Shown here one piece after another: positions 62,794 to 64,000 of a stretch of DNA of 64,000 nucleotides. This stretch comes from Octopus sinensis (lineage: Eukaryota), in the NCBI RefSeq assembly GCF_006345805.1, contig NC_042998.1, positions 99,448,001 to 99,512,000 on the forward strand. The letters run 5' to 3'. Each line of letters starts with the position of its first letter. Position 1 is the stretch's first letter. The position numbers and the translations under genes are program-made. The notes under the pieces are model-generated. The model saw nothing but the letters and a program-made list of their open reading frames with translations, had not been told where the DNA came from and made no database searches.

Positions 62794-62833
62794 GAGTTTG
62801 CTAAAGATCTTCAAAAGTATGTTGATGGTCCCT
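62794..62833 (+). CDS. MED14: MED14 exon 16 (40 nt)
   Basis: cttcag|EFAKDLQKYVDGP-T|gtaagt. Confidence 0.88.
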
Positions 62834-63760
62834 GTAAGTAATCCTTCCATTTTTGTTTCCAAATTATGGTTTTGTAAAATATACTTTGCTTTCCAATTTT
62901 TTTTAATAAATTATATTTTTGTCTAGAATTCTAGCTTATAAAATCTCTTTCCATTGTCTGCTTCAGCTAACATGTCTGTGGCTAGGAAGTTTACTTTGTG
63001 ACCAAGTGTTTTTGGGATTCTTGTATGGCACCATGTGCAAGTGTTTTCTACTAAAGCCTCAAGAATTAACTTAACACTTGGTTTAACACCATTATATGGC
63101 CTTGGGGTGCTTTAACTGTAGCCCTCTCTGTTGCAAGCATTTGGAACAGATCTTTTTGAAAATAACTTCCTCCTTTCCTTCCACAAATCTCAGTAGCTCT
63201 GAAAAAGGTTATTGTCATTGCCCTTCTCTTCACAGATTCATAATACATGCATGCAGGCACATTTATGTAACAAAGATGTCAATTTCAGTTACATAGCCCT
63301 AATACTGTTTTATATGTTTTGGAAATTTCTGAACATCTATATAATGCAAGTGTTTATTTAACATTTTAGTATTTAAACTGGCCATATCCAGCCAAAATAG
63401 TCAACCTGCTTTATATTTAAATTGGCCATATCTGGCCCCTTACACTCATCATACAATGTCATTCTAAAAATAATCTATTACATTATTGAAATCTCTAAGC
63501 TAGTAGATAATTTACAAGTAATTCAAAACAATGTGAATAAAAAAGCATTACATTAGACGAAGTAATCTGAATACTAAATGGTTAAATAAATTGAAATATT
63601 AATGATAAAATATTGTATGAAAACTATAAAATTGTCAGTAAAAGTTTTTTAGGAAGCCTAGAAGTGATAGTAATCATGATTTCTGACCTGATTGTGCTTT
63701 ATGACATGCATTTGAAAATAATAGTATTTAAAGCATTTATTTATTATTGCTCATTTTTAG

Positions 63761-63886
63761 GTGAAATCAAAGACGTTCCAGCTGTTCTCCATGTACCAGT
63801 CTTAAATCCATTCACTTCTGCTGAAGTTTTGCGTGTTGCTATTGATATTCAGCGAGGAACGTTCTTAACATCTGTACCTTGCTCAA
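63761..63886 (+). CDS. MED14: MED14 exon 17 (gene continues beyond the right edge)
   Basis: ttttag|GT-EIKDVPAVLHVPVLNPFTSAEVLRVAIDIQRGTFLTSVPCS-A|gtaaga. Confidence 0.92.
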
Positions 63887-64000
63887 GTAAGACCTTACAT
63901 CATTGTTAACCATTATTGAAAATATTCATGTTGAAACTTCTGGGTTCTTAATTTAGATCCCTTTTGTGTTTCATTCTTTTGGGGTTGATAAATTCTCATA

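Overview
AT-rich, repeat-dense animal genomic DNA; the SINE/RTE repeat complement points to a coleoid cephalopod, probably Octopus (inference). Three spliced genes were reconstructed by hand from GT-AG boundaries and codon phase. (1) TOP3B, minus strand: first 5 coding exons (243 aa, 21514 to 1346), continuing off the left edge. (2) An unrecognised 3-exon gene, minus strand (38146 to 31247, about 290 aa). Its start codon appears to be split by an intron (AT|G), and it may be a divergent CXorf38/DUF4559-like gene (unverified). (3) MED14, plus strand: first 17 coding exons (about 443 aa, 43064 to 63886), continuing off the right edge. Genes 2 and 3 are head-to-head around a perfect CTCF consensus motif (38203-38216). 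One MED14 intron has U12 (minor spliceosome) hallmarks. The rest is transposon-derived: a young 5'-truncated RTE LINE with an open RT ORF carrying a PHD finger, older RTE copies, at least 15 RTE-tail elements, several tRNA-derived SINE families, mariner/pogo/piggyBac/hAT/Helitron-like non-autonomous elements, a near-identical 1.11-kb tandem duplication and microsatellites. Most short ORFs in the supplied track are repeat-derived or chance ORFs. No database searches were run, so family assignments rest on recognised motifs.
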